The notes: generated by a model from the sequence alone, not told the origin. A stretch of 64,000 nt of DNA from an uncultured Eubacterium sp. (GCF_937958975.1 NZ_CALGRE010000045.1:63087-127086), one strand, 5' to 3'; positions 34,531 through 45,271 are shown, numbered from the stretch's first letter. Program-made: numbers and translations.

Positions 34531-35271
34531 ATGTGGACTATAAATGTGCATGCGGGACATAATCCCGATGGTAAAAACGGAAGTGGTGCAAAAGGACTGA
34601 TTAAGGAATCCACGGAGGCCAGAAAAGTAAAAAAACAGGTAATAAAATATTTAAGACTTTGGGGTTGCAAAGTTTATGATTGTACGGTGGACGATGGAAA
34701 GAACCAAAATGATGTATTAGAAAAAATCATTAAAAAATGTAATGCTCATAAAGTTGATTTAGATGTTTCTATACATTTTAATAGTGGCAGAAAAGATAGT
34801 AAAGGCGATGGAAAAACAGGGGGAGTAGAAGCTTTAGTATATAGCAAAAAACTGGGACCGGTAAAGGCGGCTGAGTCAGTGTGTGAAGCCATATCAGAGC
34901 TCGGTTTTAGAGATAGAGGTATCAAATACAGACCGAAGCTAATGATACTCAACTCCACGATAGCTCCTGCTATGATAGTAGAGTGTTGTTTTGTAGATGA
35001 TTTTGATGATGTAAAACTATATAATTACAAAAAGATTGGAAGGGCAATTGCAGAGGGAATAATTAATAGCTATTGTCCTTATAAAGCGGTTACGATAAAG
35101 AAAGGTGTTATCGAGAGAGATAAACCGGCAAAAAAATACATTAAGATGGGAACATTAAAGAAAGGTACGAAATGCATGATTAAAAAAGTAAAAATTACAG
35201 ACGGAGTAAGATATGGATATATTGAAAAAAGAGATGCATGGATAAAATTAAAAGGCACAAAAGAAGTATAG
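34531..35271 (+). CDS. N-acetylmuramoyl-L-alanine amidase (Amidase_3) with a C-terminal SH3-like domain
   Basis: INVHAGHNPDG...ESTEARKV...VDLDVSIHFNSG...PAMIVECCFVDD motifs. Confidence 0.8.
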   Translation: MWTINVHAGHNPDGKNGSGAKGLIKESTEARKVKKQVIKYLRLWGCKVYDCTVDDGKNQNDVLEKIIKKCNAHKVDLDVSIHFNSGRKDSKGDGKTGGVEALVYSKKLGPVKAAESVCEAISELGFRDRGIKYRPKLMILNSTIAPAMIVECCFVDDFDDVKLYNYKKIGRAIAEGIINSYCPYKAVTIKKGVIERDKPAKKYIKMGTLKKGTKCMIKKVKITDGVRYGYIEKRDAWIKLKGTKEV

Positions 35272-35302
35272 TGAAACGATAAAATATATTGATTGAAACA
35301 AA

Positions 35303-35330
35303 AAGCCCCTTGTTACAGGGGCTTAGTTTT
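35303..35330 (+). terminator. rho-independent terminator
   Basis: AAGCCCCT (35303-35310) / AGGGGCTT (35317-35324), followed by AGTTTTG. Confidence 0.7.
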
Positions 35331-35377
35331 GTTAAAATGAACATTGTCAGAAAGACTAATTTATAAAATATCGGAGG

Positions 35378-36292
35378 ATGAAAATGATTTTTTCTGTCGA
35401 TGAGATAGTATTGTTATTTTTTATTTATAGTTTTTTAGGCTGGTGTGTTGAGGTTGCGTTTGTGGCAGTGACGTTGGGCGAAGTCTCCAATAGGGGATTT
35501 CTGAATGGTCCGGTTTGTCCAATCTATGGTTGTGGAATGCTGGGGGTTTTATTTGCATTGCTGCCGGTTGAGAATCATATCATTTTATTATTTATTGGTG
35601 GAGTTTTCATTTGTTCTGTAATTGAGCTTTTTGGCGGGTGGATTTTGGACAGGATATTCCATATGAGATGGTGGGATTATACCGAGAATAAATTTAATAT
35701 CGGAGGATATGTGTGTCTTGCATTTAGTATTATGTGGGGAATTGCAGTTGTTTTTGCTGTTAAATTTGTACATCATCCAATTATGGCGGTTGTAGAAAAG
35801 ATACCAAGGAGTGCAAAAATTATTATTATAATAATTTTCTCTGTTATATTTATAGTAGATATGATTGTGACATTGAAAAATTTAATTGGTATTCGTAAGA
35901 GTCTGGGACAGCTTGAGAGGTTAGCGGAGGAACTTCATAATGTAGGGGACCAGTTAAAAGATGTCGTAGGAAATTCGGCAATTACAGTTGCTGAGAAGGC
36001 GGAAGAAGGAAAGGAAATCTGGAATGAGAAAACGGCGCCTGGTCGTGAGAAGATAGTTACTGCGGCGGAGATAGGAAAAGAAAGAATTGTTGCGGCGACA
36101 GAAGAACAGAGAGAAAAATTTGTTAAGCAGATGCAGGAGCTTGAGGTGAAGAGAGATACTATTATAGAAAACATCCAGCGCAGAAGCAGACATGTATTAA
36201 ATGCTCTTCCAACATTGAATAAATCGGGAAAGAGTATTAATATAAAAGAATATTTGAAAGATATAATAAATAGAACAAAGATAAATCATTAG
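35378..36292 (+). CDS. membrane protein (DUF1113 / putative 'type IV ABC-transporter'-like N-domain) with a charged coiled-coil tail
   Basis: [20 protein letters not shown]...[19 protein letters not shown] is the conserved N-terminal signature of that family. An alternative start at 35384 has better RBS spacing. Confidence 0.55.
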   Translation: MKMIFSVDEIVLLFFIYSFLGWCVEVAFVAVTLGEVSNRGFLNGPVCPIYGCGMLGVLFALLPVENHIILLFIGGVFICSVIELFGGWILDRIFHMRWWDYTENKFNIGGYVCLAFSIMWGIAVVFAVKFVHHPIMAVVEKIPRSAKIIIIIIFSVIFIVDMIVTLKNLIGIRKSLGQLERLAEELHNVGDQLKDVVGNSAITVAEKAEEGKEIWNEKTAPGREKIVTAAEIGKERIVAATEEQREKFVKQMQELEVKRDTIIENIQRRSRHVLNALPTLNKSGKSINIKEYLKDIINRTKINH

Positions 36293-36314
36293 TTTAAGAA
36301 AAGAGGATTATAAG

Positions 36315-37319
36315 ATGAAAGCAGATTTTACAGGAAAACATTTTTTGAAGTTACTTGATTTTACGCCGGATGAAATAGGACAATTAATAGATTTAGCGGC
36401 AGAGTTAAAGGATAAGAAAAAATCAGGTCAGTTAGTAGATGTCCTTAGGGGAAAAAATATAGCTGTTATATTTGAAAAGACCAGCACAAGAACAAGATGT
36501 TCCTTTGAGGTGGCAGCTCATGATTTGGGAATGGGGGTTACATATTTAGACCCTGCCGGTTCTCAGATTGGAAAGAAAGAAAGCATTGCGGACACAGCAA
36601 GAGTCCTGGGAAGAATGTTTGACGGTATTGAATATCGTGGATTTGGACAGGATATTGTAGAAGAATTAGCAAAATATGCAGGAGTTCCGGTTTGGAATGG
36701 ACTGACAAATGAGTTTCATCCGACCCAGATATTGGCTGACTTTTTAACACTTCGCGAAAAATTTGGAAAATTAGAAAATCTTAAATTCGTATATATGGGA
36801 GATGCCCGTTATAATATGGGAAATTCGCTCATGGTTGGATGTGCAAAGATGGGGATGCATTTTGTGGCGTGTGCGCCGAAGAAATATTGGCCGGATAAAG
36901 AATTGATAGAACAGTGTAAAGCAATCGCAAATGAAACAGGGGCGACACTTCAGTTTGAAGAAGATCCACTGGAGGCTACGAAGGGGGCAGATGCCATTTA
37001 TACAGATGTATGGGTTTCTATGGGAGAGCCTGACGAAGTATGGGAAGAAAGAATCCATGACCTTCTTCCGTATCGAGTGACAATGAAATTATTGAAAAAT
37101 GCGAATGAGGATGTTGTATTTATGCACTGTCTTCCTGCATTTCATGACTTAGATACAAAAATTGGAAAGGAAATTAATGAAAAGTTTGGTCTTACAGAAA
37201 TGGAAGTGACAGATGAAGTATTCGAATCAAAAAATTCCGTGGTATTTGATGAGGCGGAGAATAGAATGCATACAATAAAAGCAGTTATGGCTGCAACACT
37301 TGGGGCAAAATTTGAATAG
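36315..37319 (+). CDS. argF: ornithine carbamoyltransferase
   Basis: STRTR, HPTQ and HCLP motifs; 334 aa. Confidence 0.85.
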   Translation: MKADFTGKHFLKLLDFTPDEIGQLIDLAAELKDKKKSGQLVDVLRGKNIAVIFEKTSTRTRCSFEVAAHDLGMGVTYLDPAGSQIGKKESIADTARVLGRMFDGIEYRGFGQDIVEELAKYAGVPVWNGLTNEFHPTQILADFLTLREKFGKLENLKFVYMGDARYNMGNSLMVGCAKMGMHFVACAPKKYWPDKELIEQCKAIANETGATLQFEEDPLEATKGADAIYTDVWVSMGEPDEVWEERIHDLLPYRVTMKLLKNANEDVVFMHCLPAFHDLDTKIGKEINEKFGLTEMEVTDEVFESKNSVVFDEAENRMHTIKAVMAATLGAKFE

Positions 37320-37328
37320 TATAATATC

Positions 37329-37360
37329 GACACCGGAATTATGAATTTCCGGTGTCATTT
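37329..37360. terminator. hairpin between the convergent argF and deaminase genes
   Basis: GACACCGGA (37329-37337) / TCCGGTGTC (37348-37356), followed by ATTTT. Confidence 0.65.
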
Positions 37361-38604
37361 TATCTTCTTTCATATAATATCTTACCATTGACCATAGTTA
37401 ACAGTATGTTTAATTTAGACCCACTGTAGACAATATTTTTTGTGATATTATTTAGCGGCTGCATATTTGGCTGATTTAAGTCAATTACAATTAAGTCTGC
37501 TTTTTTGCCACGGCTTAATGTATCACAATTGTAAAGACCCATCGCTTTGGCGCCACCGAGTGTTGCCATTTTCAAAACTTCGTTTGCATCTACAGCAGAT
37601 GCATCATTTTCAAAATACTTGGCAAGAGCAGTTGTCAGGAACATTTCCCGAAACATATCAAGGGCATTATTGCTGGCCGGACCATCTGTGCCGATAGCAA
37701 TATTAATTTTCTTTTTCATAAATTTAGAAATTGGAGCAATACCACTGGCAAGCTTTAAATTAGATGCCGGATTGGTAACAATAGACATGCCTCTTTTCTC
37801 AAAAACAGCAATATCTGCATCATTCATATGAACGCAGTGATAACCACCACCTCCATAATTGAACATTCCGATTTGGTCTAAGAAGACAGTAGGGGTAGCA
37901 CCATAACGGGAGATACATTGCTGGACTTCTTTTTCTGTTTCTGAATTATGGCAGTATACAGGAGCTTGTAGTTGGTTTGCCAGGTCGGCCAAATCTCTCA
38001 ATAGGTTTTCATTACATGTGTATTCGGCATGGAATCCCAACTCATAGGAAATTAAATCATTGCAGCCGTTATATTTTTTATAACATTCCTCGATTTCCGG
38101 AACAGATTGGGTAAAGTTGTTTAGTCCACCGGTCATTACTGTTCGAAATCCCATATCGATAGATGCCTGAACTATAGGAGCAGGGTTAATATACATATCA
38201 AAATTTGCGGTGATTCCGGAAGTTAAGTATTCCTGTATAGCGATTTTGCTATATTCGTACATTTTATCGTCTGTCAATTTTGCCTCCATAGGAAAAACTT
38301 TTTGATTGAGCCACTCCTCTAACGGAAGGTCATCGGCATAGGAGCGCAAAAATGTCATAGCCGAGTGGGTATGGGCATTTTTAAAGCCGGGCATAATCAG
38401 ATTACCGTTTAGATTGATTTGTTTATCCCATTGAATTGTCTGAAATATGGAAAGCATTATGTTGTCATTACCGGGATTTCCGACAAAGCCAATGGTGTCA
38501 TCAAAAACCCATACCTCACCGGTAAGAAGTGGAAGACAGCCACTTTCGTCTGCGACAGTGTTTTCTAAAGTGAGAATTGTTCCATTATAAAATCTTATAT
38601 TCAT
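37360..38604 (-). CDS. mtaD: amidohydrolase, MtaD-like 5'-methylthioadenosine/S-adenosylhomocysteine deaminase
   Basis: PGFKNAHTHSAMTFLRSYADDLPLEEWL and HNSETEKEV motifs. ATG (MNIRFYNG) at 38604 follows GGAGG. Confidence 0.7.
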   Translation of the reverse strand: MNIRFYNGTILTLENTVADESGCLPLLTGEVWVFDDTIGFVGNPGNDNIMLSIFQTIQWDKQINLNGNLIMPGFKNAHTHSAMTFLRSYADDLPLEEWLNQKVFPMEAKLTDDKMYEYSKIAIQEYLTSGITANFDMYINPAPIVQASIDMGFRTVMTGGLNNFTQSVPEIEECYKKYNGCNDLISYELGFHAEYTCNENLLRDLADLANQLQAPVYCHNSETEKEVQQCISRYGATPTVFLDQIGMFNYGGGGYHCVHMNDADIAVFEKRGMSIVTNPASNLKLASGIAPISKFMKKKINIAIGTDGPASNNALDMFREMFLTTALAKYFENDASAVDANEVLKMATLGGAKAMGLYNCDTLSRGKKADLIVIDLNQPNMQPLNNITKNIVYSGSKLNILLTMVNGKILYERR

Positions 38605-38776
38605 GAAAACCTCCATTGAGTGCATAAGTATTATATATTTTTAGTATAAGGCAAAGATAGATAAATAACAAATGTTTATATATTATTTGGAGGGGATATT
38701 TTAGATTTAAGAAAAAAGTTGATATGAGTATGTTACAATAAATATGATAGCTATCAAAACACAGAAGGGAGAAGGT

Positions 38777-39916
38777 ATGAGATTTTTACATTTAGCAGAT
38801 TTACATATAGGAAAAAAAGTAAATGGGTTTTCAATGTTGGAAGACCAGAGATATATATTTCAGGAAATATTAAAAATAATAGATGAAAGAAAGGTGGATG
38901 CCGTACTGATTGCGGGTGATGTGTATGATAAATCGATTCCATCTGCTGAGGCGGTAGTTCTTTTTAACGACTTTTTAAATGGTCTGGCAGAGAAGAATCT
39001 CAAGGTATTTGTTATTAGCGGAAATCATGACAGTGTGGAGAGAATTAGTTTTGGTTCTGATTTAATTCGAATGAGTCATGTGTATATGTCGAAACCATTT
39101 TGCGGTGTGCCTGAAAAAGTTTCTTTAAAAGACAGTTTTGGAGAAATCCATATTTATATGCTACCATTTATCAAGCCTGCAATGGTGAGACATATTTATG
39201 AAGATGCCGACATTTCGGGATATAATGAAGCAATGGCTTATGTAATGGAAAAAACAGATGTGGATGAGAAGGAAAGAAATATATTGATGGCACATCAGTT
39301 TGTCAGTGGAGGAAGCAGATGTGAATCGGAAGATATTTCTGTGGGTGGAATTGATGAAGTGAGTGCAGACAATTTCCTAAAATTCGATTATGTGGCATTG
39401 GGTCATCTGCACGGACCTCAATATATTAAAAATGAGGCAATCAGATATTCAGGTACGCCACTGAAATATTCTTTTTCTGAAGTGAAGCATAAAAAGTCAG
39501 CATTGATTGTTGATATCAGGGAGAAGGGAAATATAGAATTAGAGACAATTCCTTTGGTGCCATTGCATGATATGACGGAGATTCGAGGAAAATATAACGA
39601 GTTAATGTCTAAAGATTTTTACAAAAAAATGGATACATTAGACTATATGCATATTACATTGACGGATGAGGAGGATATTGTTAATGCATTAGAATTGCTT
39701 AGAACAGTATATCCTAACATTATGAAGTTGGATTATGACAATCAGAGAACGCGCAGTAATCAAGATATAAGCGGAGCAGAAGAGGTTGAGGGAAAAACAC
39801 CATTGGATTTGTTTGGTGAGTTTTTTGAGTTGCAGAACAATCAGCCAATGAGTGAGGAGCAGACTGCTTTTATGGAGGAATTAATTGAAAAAGTATGGGA
39901 GGTAAATGAGAGATGA
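38777..39916 (+). CDS. sbcD: exonuclease SbcD (Mre11-like)
   Basis: MRFLHLADLHIGKK, AGDVYD, GNHD, GHLHG phosphoesterase motifs. ATG at 38777 follows GAAGG. Confidence 0.85.
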   Translation: MRFLHLADLHIGKKVNGFSMLEDQRYIFQEILKIIDERKVDAVLIAGDVYDKSIPSAEAVVLFNDFLNGLAEKNLKVFVISGNHDSVERISFGSDLIRMSHVYMSKPFCGVPEKVSLKDSFGEIHIYMLPFIKPAMVRHIYEDADISGYNEAMAYVMEKTDVDEKERNILMAHQFVSGGSRCESEDISVGGIDEVSADNFLKFDYVALGHLHGPQYIKNEAIRYSGTPLKYSFSEVKHKKSALIVDIREKGNIELETIPLVPLHDMTEIRGKYNELMSKDFYKKMDTLDYMHITLTDEEDIVNALELLRTVYPNIMKLDYDNQRTRSNQDISGAEEVEGKTPLDLFGEFFELQNNQPMSEEQTAFMEELIEKVWEVNER

Positions 39917-42687
39917 GACCGGTTAAGCTTACTATGTCGGCATTTGGACCATATGCCGGTTGTGAAGTCGTTGAATTTGATAAATTAGGCGATAGAGGAC
40001 TGTATCTGATTACAGGAGATACGGGAGCAGGCAAGACGACTATTTTTGATGCCATTGTTTTTGCATTATATGGTGAAGCAAGCGGAGATAACAGGGAAAC
40101 TGCAATGTTTCGCAGCAAATATGCAAAAGAAGATGTTCCTACCTTTGTAGAGATGGAATTTTTATATCGAAATGAGTTATATATAATAAGAAGGAATCCA
40201 GAGTATATACGAAAGTCAAAACGCGGTGAGGGGATGACGAAACAGACTGCGGATGCCTTTTTGCGATATCCTAATGAAAGAGGAATTGTGACAAAAGTTA
40301 AGGAAGTTACGAAGGCCGTTGAAGAATTGGTTGGTCTTGACAGAGAACAGTTTTCTCAGGTTGCAATGATAGCACAGGGAGATTTTTTAAAACTATTGTT
40401 GGCAAAAACAGAGGATAGAATTAAAATTTTCAGACAAATATTTAATACAACACCCTATAAAGGGCTACAGGATAAGTTGAAGGCAGAATCAAAGAGCTTA
40501 CATGACAAATATGATGAACAGAAAAGAATAATTAATCAATACTTATCAGGTATCAGGTATAATTCTGACAGTGAGGCTGGAAAAGAGGCAGAACAAATTG
40601 CAGCATCCGGTTTACAATATGAAATACAGGATATTTTAGAGGTTCTTGTGAAACTAATTAAAGAAGATAAACAGGCACTATTTTTGACAAATAAGAAAGT
40701 GGGAAAGATTGAAAATTCAATTGCCCGAGTGGATGAAAAAATTGGTCAGGCAAAAAAAATACAGAGCGCAATGATACAGAAAAAGGAGGCAGAAAATAAA
40801 TTAAAAGAAAATTCAGGAAAATTGCAGGAATTTCTTGAGAAGTTAGAACATGAAAGAGAGCTGGAGCCGGAAAGAAAAGAGTTAGAATTTAAAATAAAGA
40901 AGGAAGAAGAAAGCCTGCCGGATTATGATAGGATGACGGTGATACAGGAAAAATCTTCGGATTTTCGGGGTGCTATTAACCATTATGAAACGAAAGAGAG
41001 CGAATTAAGTGATTTGATTCAGACATTAGAAAAAGATTTAACAGAGAAAACGAAAAAACTGTCTCAGATGAAAGATATTAGTATTGCTCTTGTGGAATCA
41101 GAAACAGTGTTTGAAAGAATAAAAAAGAAAATAGAAACTTTAAATCATTTAGAGGATTTACTGGATAAGTATAGTGACAGTTTATCACAATTGACCTTTG
41201 CACAGGAAGAATATTTAAAAGCTCAAAGTTTTATGGAAGAATTAGGAAGGCAGTATCAGAATAAAGAGAAAATATTCTTGAATCAACAGGCAGGAATTTT
41301 AGCTGAAAGTTTGGAAGAAGGAGAGCCGTGTCCTGTGTGTGGCGCCACAAGTCATCCAAAGAAAGCAGAGCCGGTAGGACAGGCGTTATCCAAAGAAAAT
41401 TTGGATATAGAAAAAAAGAAATTAGAAAAGGAGAGAGGTAAAGTATCAAAGCTTAGTGAGAAAGCAGCGGCAATACATGAAAAGGTTCGAATTTTTGAGG
41501 GCAATGTTTTAGAGGAAATACCTAAAGTTTTAGGAAATGTGGAGATTCAGGGAGCAAAAGAGGTGATTGTTTCCCAAAAGGAAGAGCTTTGCATAAAATT
41601 AAAAACAGTTACAGATAAAATAAATGAAATGCGCAGTTCTATTCAGGAAAGAGAGAAGTTGGAAAAATCTATCCCTGAAATGGAGAAGGAGATTGAAAAA
41701 GATAAAGAGAAATTAAAAGAGATTTCTGAAAAAAAATCTGAGAATATAATTAAGTTTGAAAGAATTGAGACAGAGCTAAAACAAATTATAGAAAAACTTA
41801 CATATAAGACAAAACAGGAAGCAGCTCATAAAATAGATGAGATGAAAAGTTGTTTTGTTATCATGTTTGAAAATTTTAAAAAAGCAGAAACTAATTATGA
41901 GAGGTGCAAGTCTGAAATTGAGCAGGCAAAAAATATAATTGATACGATTAATGTTCAATTAGAATATGATGAGGAGATTCATTTAAATAAATTGGCAAAT
42001 GAGCGGGAGATGTTAGAGCAGAATAGAAAGATATTATTAACGGAAGCAAATATTTTGGGAACGAGAATTGATGTCAATAAAAATGCCAGACTATCTGTGG
42101 AGAAGAGATATGAAAAGATGAAAGCGGTAGAAGAAAGGTGGACAATGGTAAAAGCACTTTCAAATACAGCGAACGGAAATATTTCAGGTAAGGAAAAGGT
42201 TTTTTTGGAAACGTATATTCAGATGCATTATTTTGAGCGAATTATAAACAGGGCGAATATACGATTTCTCCAGATGTCATCAGGGCAATATGAATTACGC
42301 AGAGCAAATGGGGCAGAAAATCAGAGAAGCCAGAGTGGTTTGGACTTATGTGTAATAGACCATTATAATGGGACAACGAGAAGTGTAAAAACATTGTCGG
42401 GAGGAGAGGCATTTAAGGCATCCCTGTCCCTGGCATTGGGACTTTCCGATGAAATTCATGCGTCCTCCGGAGGAATTAGATTGGATACACTTTTTGTGGA
42501 TGAAGGATTTGGTTCGCTAGATGAGGAATCACTAAATCAGGCTATGAATGCATTAAATTCGTTAACTAAAGGTAACCGGTTGGTTGGTATAATTTCTCAT
42601 GTTAGTGAGCTTAAGGAAAAAATTGATAAAAAAATTATTGTGAGTAAAGATAGAATTGGAGGAAGCAGTGTCGTTGTCGAAGGTTAA
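39913..42687 (+). CDS. sbcC: exonuclease SbcC (Rad50-like SMC ATPase)
   Basis: Walker A GDTGAGKTT, long coiled coil with zinc hook CPVCG, signature LSGGE, Walker B LFVDEGFGSLD. Confidence 0.85.
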   Translation: MRPVKLTMSAFGPYAGCEVVEFDKLGDRGLYLITGDTGAGKTTIFDAIVFALYGEASGDNRETAMFRSKYAKEDVPTFVEMEFLYRNELYIIRRNPEYIRKSKRGEGMTKQTADAFLRYPNERGIVTKVKEVTKAVEELVGLDREQFSQVAMIAQGDFLKLLLAKTEDRIKIFRQIFNTTPYKGLQDKLKAESKSLHDKYDEQKRIINQYLSGIRYNSDSEAGKEAEQIAASGLQYEIQDILEVLVKLIKEDKQALFLTNKKVGKIENSIARVDEKIGQAKKIQSAMIQKKEAENKLKENSGKLQEFLEKLEHERELEPERKELEFKIKKEEESLPDYDRMTVIQEKSSDFRGAINHYETKESELSDLIQTLEKDLTEKTKKLSQMKDISIALVESETVFERIKKKIETLNHLEDLLDKYSDSLSQLTFAQEEYLKAQSFMEELGRQYQNKEKIFLNQQAGILAESLEEGEPCPVCGATSHPKKAEPVGQALSKENLDIEKKKLEKERGKVSKLSEKAAAIHEKVRIFEGNVLEEIPKVLGNVEIQGAKEVIVSQKEELCIKLKTVTDKINEMRSSIQEREKLEKSIPEMEKEIEKDKEKLKEISEKKSENIIKFERIETELKQIIEKLTYKTKQEAAHKIDEMKSCFVIMFENFKKAETNYERCKSEIEQAKNIIDTINVQLEYDEEIHLNKLANEREMLEQNRKILLTEANILGTRIDVNKNARLSVEKRYEKMKAVEERWTMVKALSNTANGNISGKEKVFLETYIQMHYFERIINRANIRFLQMSSGQYELRRANGAENQRSQSGLDLCVIDHYNGTTRSVKTLSGGEAFKASLSLALGLSDEIHASSGGIRLDTLFVDEGFGSLDEESLNQAMNALNSLTKGNRLVGIISHVSELKEKIDKKIIVSKDRIGGSSVVVEG

Positions 42688-42707
42688 AATCAATTCATAA
42701 AAGCCTT

Positions 42708-42736
42708 GTATAATTCTGAATCATTTACAGATACTA
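42708..42736 (+). promoter_or_regulatory. possible forespore (sigmaG/F-type) promoter of spoVT
   Basis: GTATA, 17-nt spacer, GATACTA, compared with the consensus GHATR-17/18-CATnnTA. One mismatch at the weakly conserved first -10 base. Confidence 0.3.
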
Positions 42737-42766
42737 ACATAAGAAACTGTTAATGGAGGAAGAAAA

Positions 42767-43315
42767 ATGAAAGCGACAGGTATAGTGAGAAGAATAGATG
42801 ATTTGGGAAGAGTAGTTGTTCCTAAAGAAATCAGAAGAACTCTTAGAATAAGAGAGGGAGACCCTATGGAAATTTTTACAAATAGGGATGGAGAAATTAT
42901 ATTAAAAAAATATTCTCCGATAGGAGAAATTGATAATTTTGCAAAGCAGTATGCAGAAAGTCTGGCTCAGGTTTCAGGATATAAAGTAATCATAAGTGAC
43001 AGGGACCAGATTATAGCAGTAGCAGGCGGAGCAAAAAAAGATTTGATTGGAAGAAGTATAAGCAGCCAGTTAGAGAGTCTTATCAATGAAAGAGATAATC
43101 TGACAACAGAGAATGGTGTGGCAAAAAGTATCCCTGTTGTTGAGGGAGAAGATGCACCGGATGCAGGTCAGGTAATCTATCCTATTATTTGTGAGGGGGA
43201 TATTATAGGCAGTGTTGTTATCTTGTCAAAGGATGAAAAGCAGGATGTAAGTATCACTGAGCAGAAACTGGCAGGTGTTGCGGCAGCGTTTTTAGGCCGT
43301 CAAATGGAGGCCTAA
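42767..43315 (+). CDS. spoVT: stage V sporulation protein T (AbrB-family regulator with a GAF-like C-domain)
   Basis: MKATGIVRRIDDLGRVVVPKEIRRTLRIREGDPMEIF SpoVT/AbrB N-domain; 182 aa; conserved position next to hup/yabO. Confidence 0.85.
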   Translation: MKATGIVRRIDDLGRVVVPKEIRRTLRIREGDPMEIFTNRDGEIILKKYSPIGEIDNFAKQYAESLAQVSGYKVIISDRDQIIAVAGGAKKDLIGRSISSQLESLINERDNLTTENGVAKSIPVVEGEDAPDAGQVIYPIICEGDIIGSVVILSKDEKQDVSITEQKLAGVAAAFLGRQMEA

Positions 43316-43448
43316 TCAATTGACCTGTAAAAGCCTTAAAATGGGTTGTTATCCTTGACAAAAAAAACCAAATAGAGTATAAACTTTATAGATACATGAG
43401 AAAGAGTATCTCATTAATAATTAAGACAATATTCAAGGAGGAATTACG

Positions 43449-43721
43449 ATGAATAAGACAGAATTCGTAGCAGCTATCGCAGAGGAAGCTGGAATTTCAA
43501 AGACAGATGCAGCCAAAGCAGTTAAGGCTTTTACAGATGTTGTAGTAGCAGAAATGAAGAAGGGTGAAAAAATTCAGTTAGTTGGATTTGGTACTTTTGA
43601 AGCAACAGAAAGACCAGAACGTCAGGGAATCAATCCTGCAACAAAGGAAAAGATTACAATTCCTGCTGCTAAAGTTCCTAAATTTAAAGCAGGTGCAGCT
43701 TTAAAGACTGCTCTTAACTAA
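43449..43721 (+). CDS. hup: DNA-binding protein HU
   Basis: MNKTEFVAAIAEEAGISKTDAAKAV...GFGTFE...RQGINPATKE; 90 aa. Confidence 0.92.
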   Translation: MNKTEFVAAIAEEAGISKTDAAKAVKAFTDVVVAEMKKGEKIQLVGFGTFEATERPERQGINPATKEKITIPAAKVPKFKAGAALKTALN

Positions 43722-43737
43722 TTTATATAGAGTAAAT

Positions 43738-43770
43738 AAAAGACTGTTACCGGTTGGTAACAGTCTTTTT
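43738..43770 (+). terminator. rho-independent terminator of hup
   Basis: AGACTGTTACC (43741-43751) / GGTAACAGTCT (43756-43766), followed by TTTTT. Confidence 0.85.
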
Positions 43771-43792
43771 GAAATAGCGATGAGGAAAAGCA

Positions 43793-44035
43793 ATGAGAAT
43801 AGATAAGTTTTTAAAAGTTTCAAGGATTATCAAGAGAAGAACTGTGGCAAACGAGGCGTGCGACGCAGGCAGAGTATTGGTCAATGATAAAGTTGTCAAG
43901 GCTTCTTATGATGTGAAAATAGGTGATGTAATACAGATACAATTTGGTCAGAGAACCGTAAAGGTTGAAGTGCTTAATTTAAATGAGACAGTCAAAAAAG
44001 AAGCGGCAGTGGAAATGTATAAAGATTTAAGTTGA
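43793..44035 (+). CDS. yabO: S4-domain RNA-binding protein (YabO/RqcP-like)
   Basis: MRIDKFLKVSRIIKRRTVANEACDAGRVLVNDKVVKAS S4 motif; synteny with yabP and yabQ. Confidence 0.75.
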   Translation: MRIDKFLKVSRIIKRRTVANEACDAGRVLVNDKVVKASYDVKIGDVIQIQFGQRTVKVEVLNLNETVKKEAAVEMYKDLS

Positions 44036-44131
44036 GATGAAAGATATATCATAGGTAATTCAGGTGAGTTTGGGAATAATTTATTTTTGATTGAATATAT
44101 TGTCCTATAAGATATTTTCGGTGAGGATAAT

Positions 44132-44416
44132 ATGGAACAGAATACAATTTCAAAATCTCATAAACTGTCACTTGATAACAGAAAACGTTTAGGAATGACC
44201 GGTATCAAGGATGTTGTTTCTTTTGATTTGACACAGATTTTATTAGAATCGACATTGGGGATGATTCATATAAAAGGAAGTGATATTAAAGTAACACGTT
44301 TAAGTCTCGAAAAAGGTGAAGTTGACATTGATGGAAATGTTGACAGTATTACATATTCTGAAGTTAAGGCATATGGCGAAAAAGGAAAATCTATGATAAA
44401 AAGGATGTTCAGGTAA
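44132..44416 (+). CDS. yabP: sporulation protein YabP
   Basis: HKLSLDNRKRLGMTGIKDVVSFD...IKGSDIKVTRLSLEKGEVDIDG pattern; synteny. Confidence 0.8.
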   Translation: MEQNTISKSHKLSLDNRKRLGMTGIKDVVSFDLTQILLESTLGMIHIKGSDIKVTRLSLEKGEVDIDGNVDSITYSEVKAYGEKGKSMIKRMFR

Positions 44417-44898
44417 TGAGTCAGCAGATTGGCGAGGAGGCAATGCTTATTTTAATGAGCATTTACGGTGGACTTGTTCTCATTGTATGCTATGACATAA
44501 TCAGAATATTTCGTCGGATATTCCCAGCGAAAATGTTTCGGGTAATTGTGGAAGATATCATATATTGGACATGTGCTTCTATTTTTATGTTTAACATATT
44601 TCTAAAGTATAACTATGGACGACCAAGATTTTTTTCTATAGTAATGACAATAGGAACAATGATTCTATTTGAAAGGCTTGTAGGAAGACATTTTTTAGAT
44701 AAAATTTCAAAAATATTGTATAAGGTATTTCAAATTTTAGCCAAACCATTGAAAAAGGTGGGCAAAGTAGTTAAACTTATAATTAATAAAGGGATGAATA
44801 AAATAAAAAAAATAGGGGAAAGAAAGAATGCCGGAAGAAAACAAAAGCAGGGCAACCGGAAGGTTAAACACCATAAGGCAAAAAAGAATCAGAAGTAA
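44416..44898 (+). CDS. yabQ: spore cortex biosynthesis protein YabQ
   Basis: Membrane protein (LMSIYGGLVLIVCYDIIRIFRRIF) directly after yabP, with a Lys-rich tail. Confidence 0.7.
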   Translation: MSQQIGEEAMLILMSIYGGLVLIVCYDIIRIFRRIFPAKMFRVIVEDIIYWTCASIFMFNIFLKYNYGRPRFFSIVMTIGTMILFERLVGRHFLDKISKILYKVFQILAKPLKKVGKVVKLIINKGMNKIKKIGERKNAGRKQKQGNRKVKHHKAKKNQK

Positions 44899-45163
44899 AA
44901 GAATGATATTGTCTATTTCTTTTGTTGTGATTGCGTTTTGTATTGTGATGGGCGCCCAGATGATAAAAGAATATAATACTCTCAATGAATTAAAGGAACA
45001 GGAGAGAAAGTTAGAAAAGAAATATCAGAAAGAGCTTCAGTTGTCTGAAGAACTGAAAGAGCAGGAACAGTATGTAAAGACGGATGATTATATAGAAGAA
45101 ATGGCAAGAAAATTAGGACTCTTATATCCCAACGAGGTGATTATTAAACCGGAAGAAGAATAG
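44828..45163 (+). CDS. divIC: septum formation initiator (DivIC/FtsB family)
   Basis: Basic N-tail, one TM, coiled coil, and C-terminal DDYIEEMARKLGLLYPNEVIIKPE motif. The start is uncertain (44828 or 44903). Confidence 0.65.
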   Translation: MPEENKSRATGRLNTIRQKRIRSKRMILSISFVVIAFCIVMGAQMIKEYNTLNELKEQERKLEKKYQKELQLSEELKEQEQYVKTDDYIEEMARKLGLLYPNEVIIKPEEE

Positions 45164-45185
45164 AAAAAAATATTGAATTGTTTTG

Positions 45186-45240
45186 AGCGTATATGATGTG
45201 TGATAGTTATTTTATTACATATTGTATACGCTTTTGTTTT
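45186..45240 (+). terminator. probable terminator after divIC
   Basis: AGCGTATA (45186-45193) / TATACGCT (45225-45232) with internal pairing, followed by TTTGTTTT. Confidence 0.5.
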
Positions 45241-45271
45241 AATTTCTTCTTGTAAAGTTCCATAAACTTAA

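Noticed and set aside
38777-42687. sbcD/sbcC considered as a possible anti-phage or defence module.
   Set aside because: This is the canonical housekeeping SbcCD pair (Mre11/Rad50-like motifs and zinc hook) in a conserved core-genome context, with no accessory defence genes adjacent.
44828-44898. The 71-nt overlap between yabQ and divIC, considered as a possible programmed frameshift or fusion.
   Set aside because: It is more simply explained by uncertainty in the divIC start (an alternative ATG at 44903) and the Lys-rich YabQ tail. No slippery-site or structure signal was seen.
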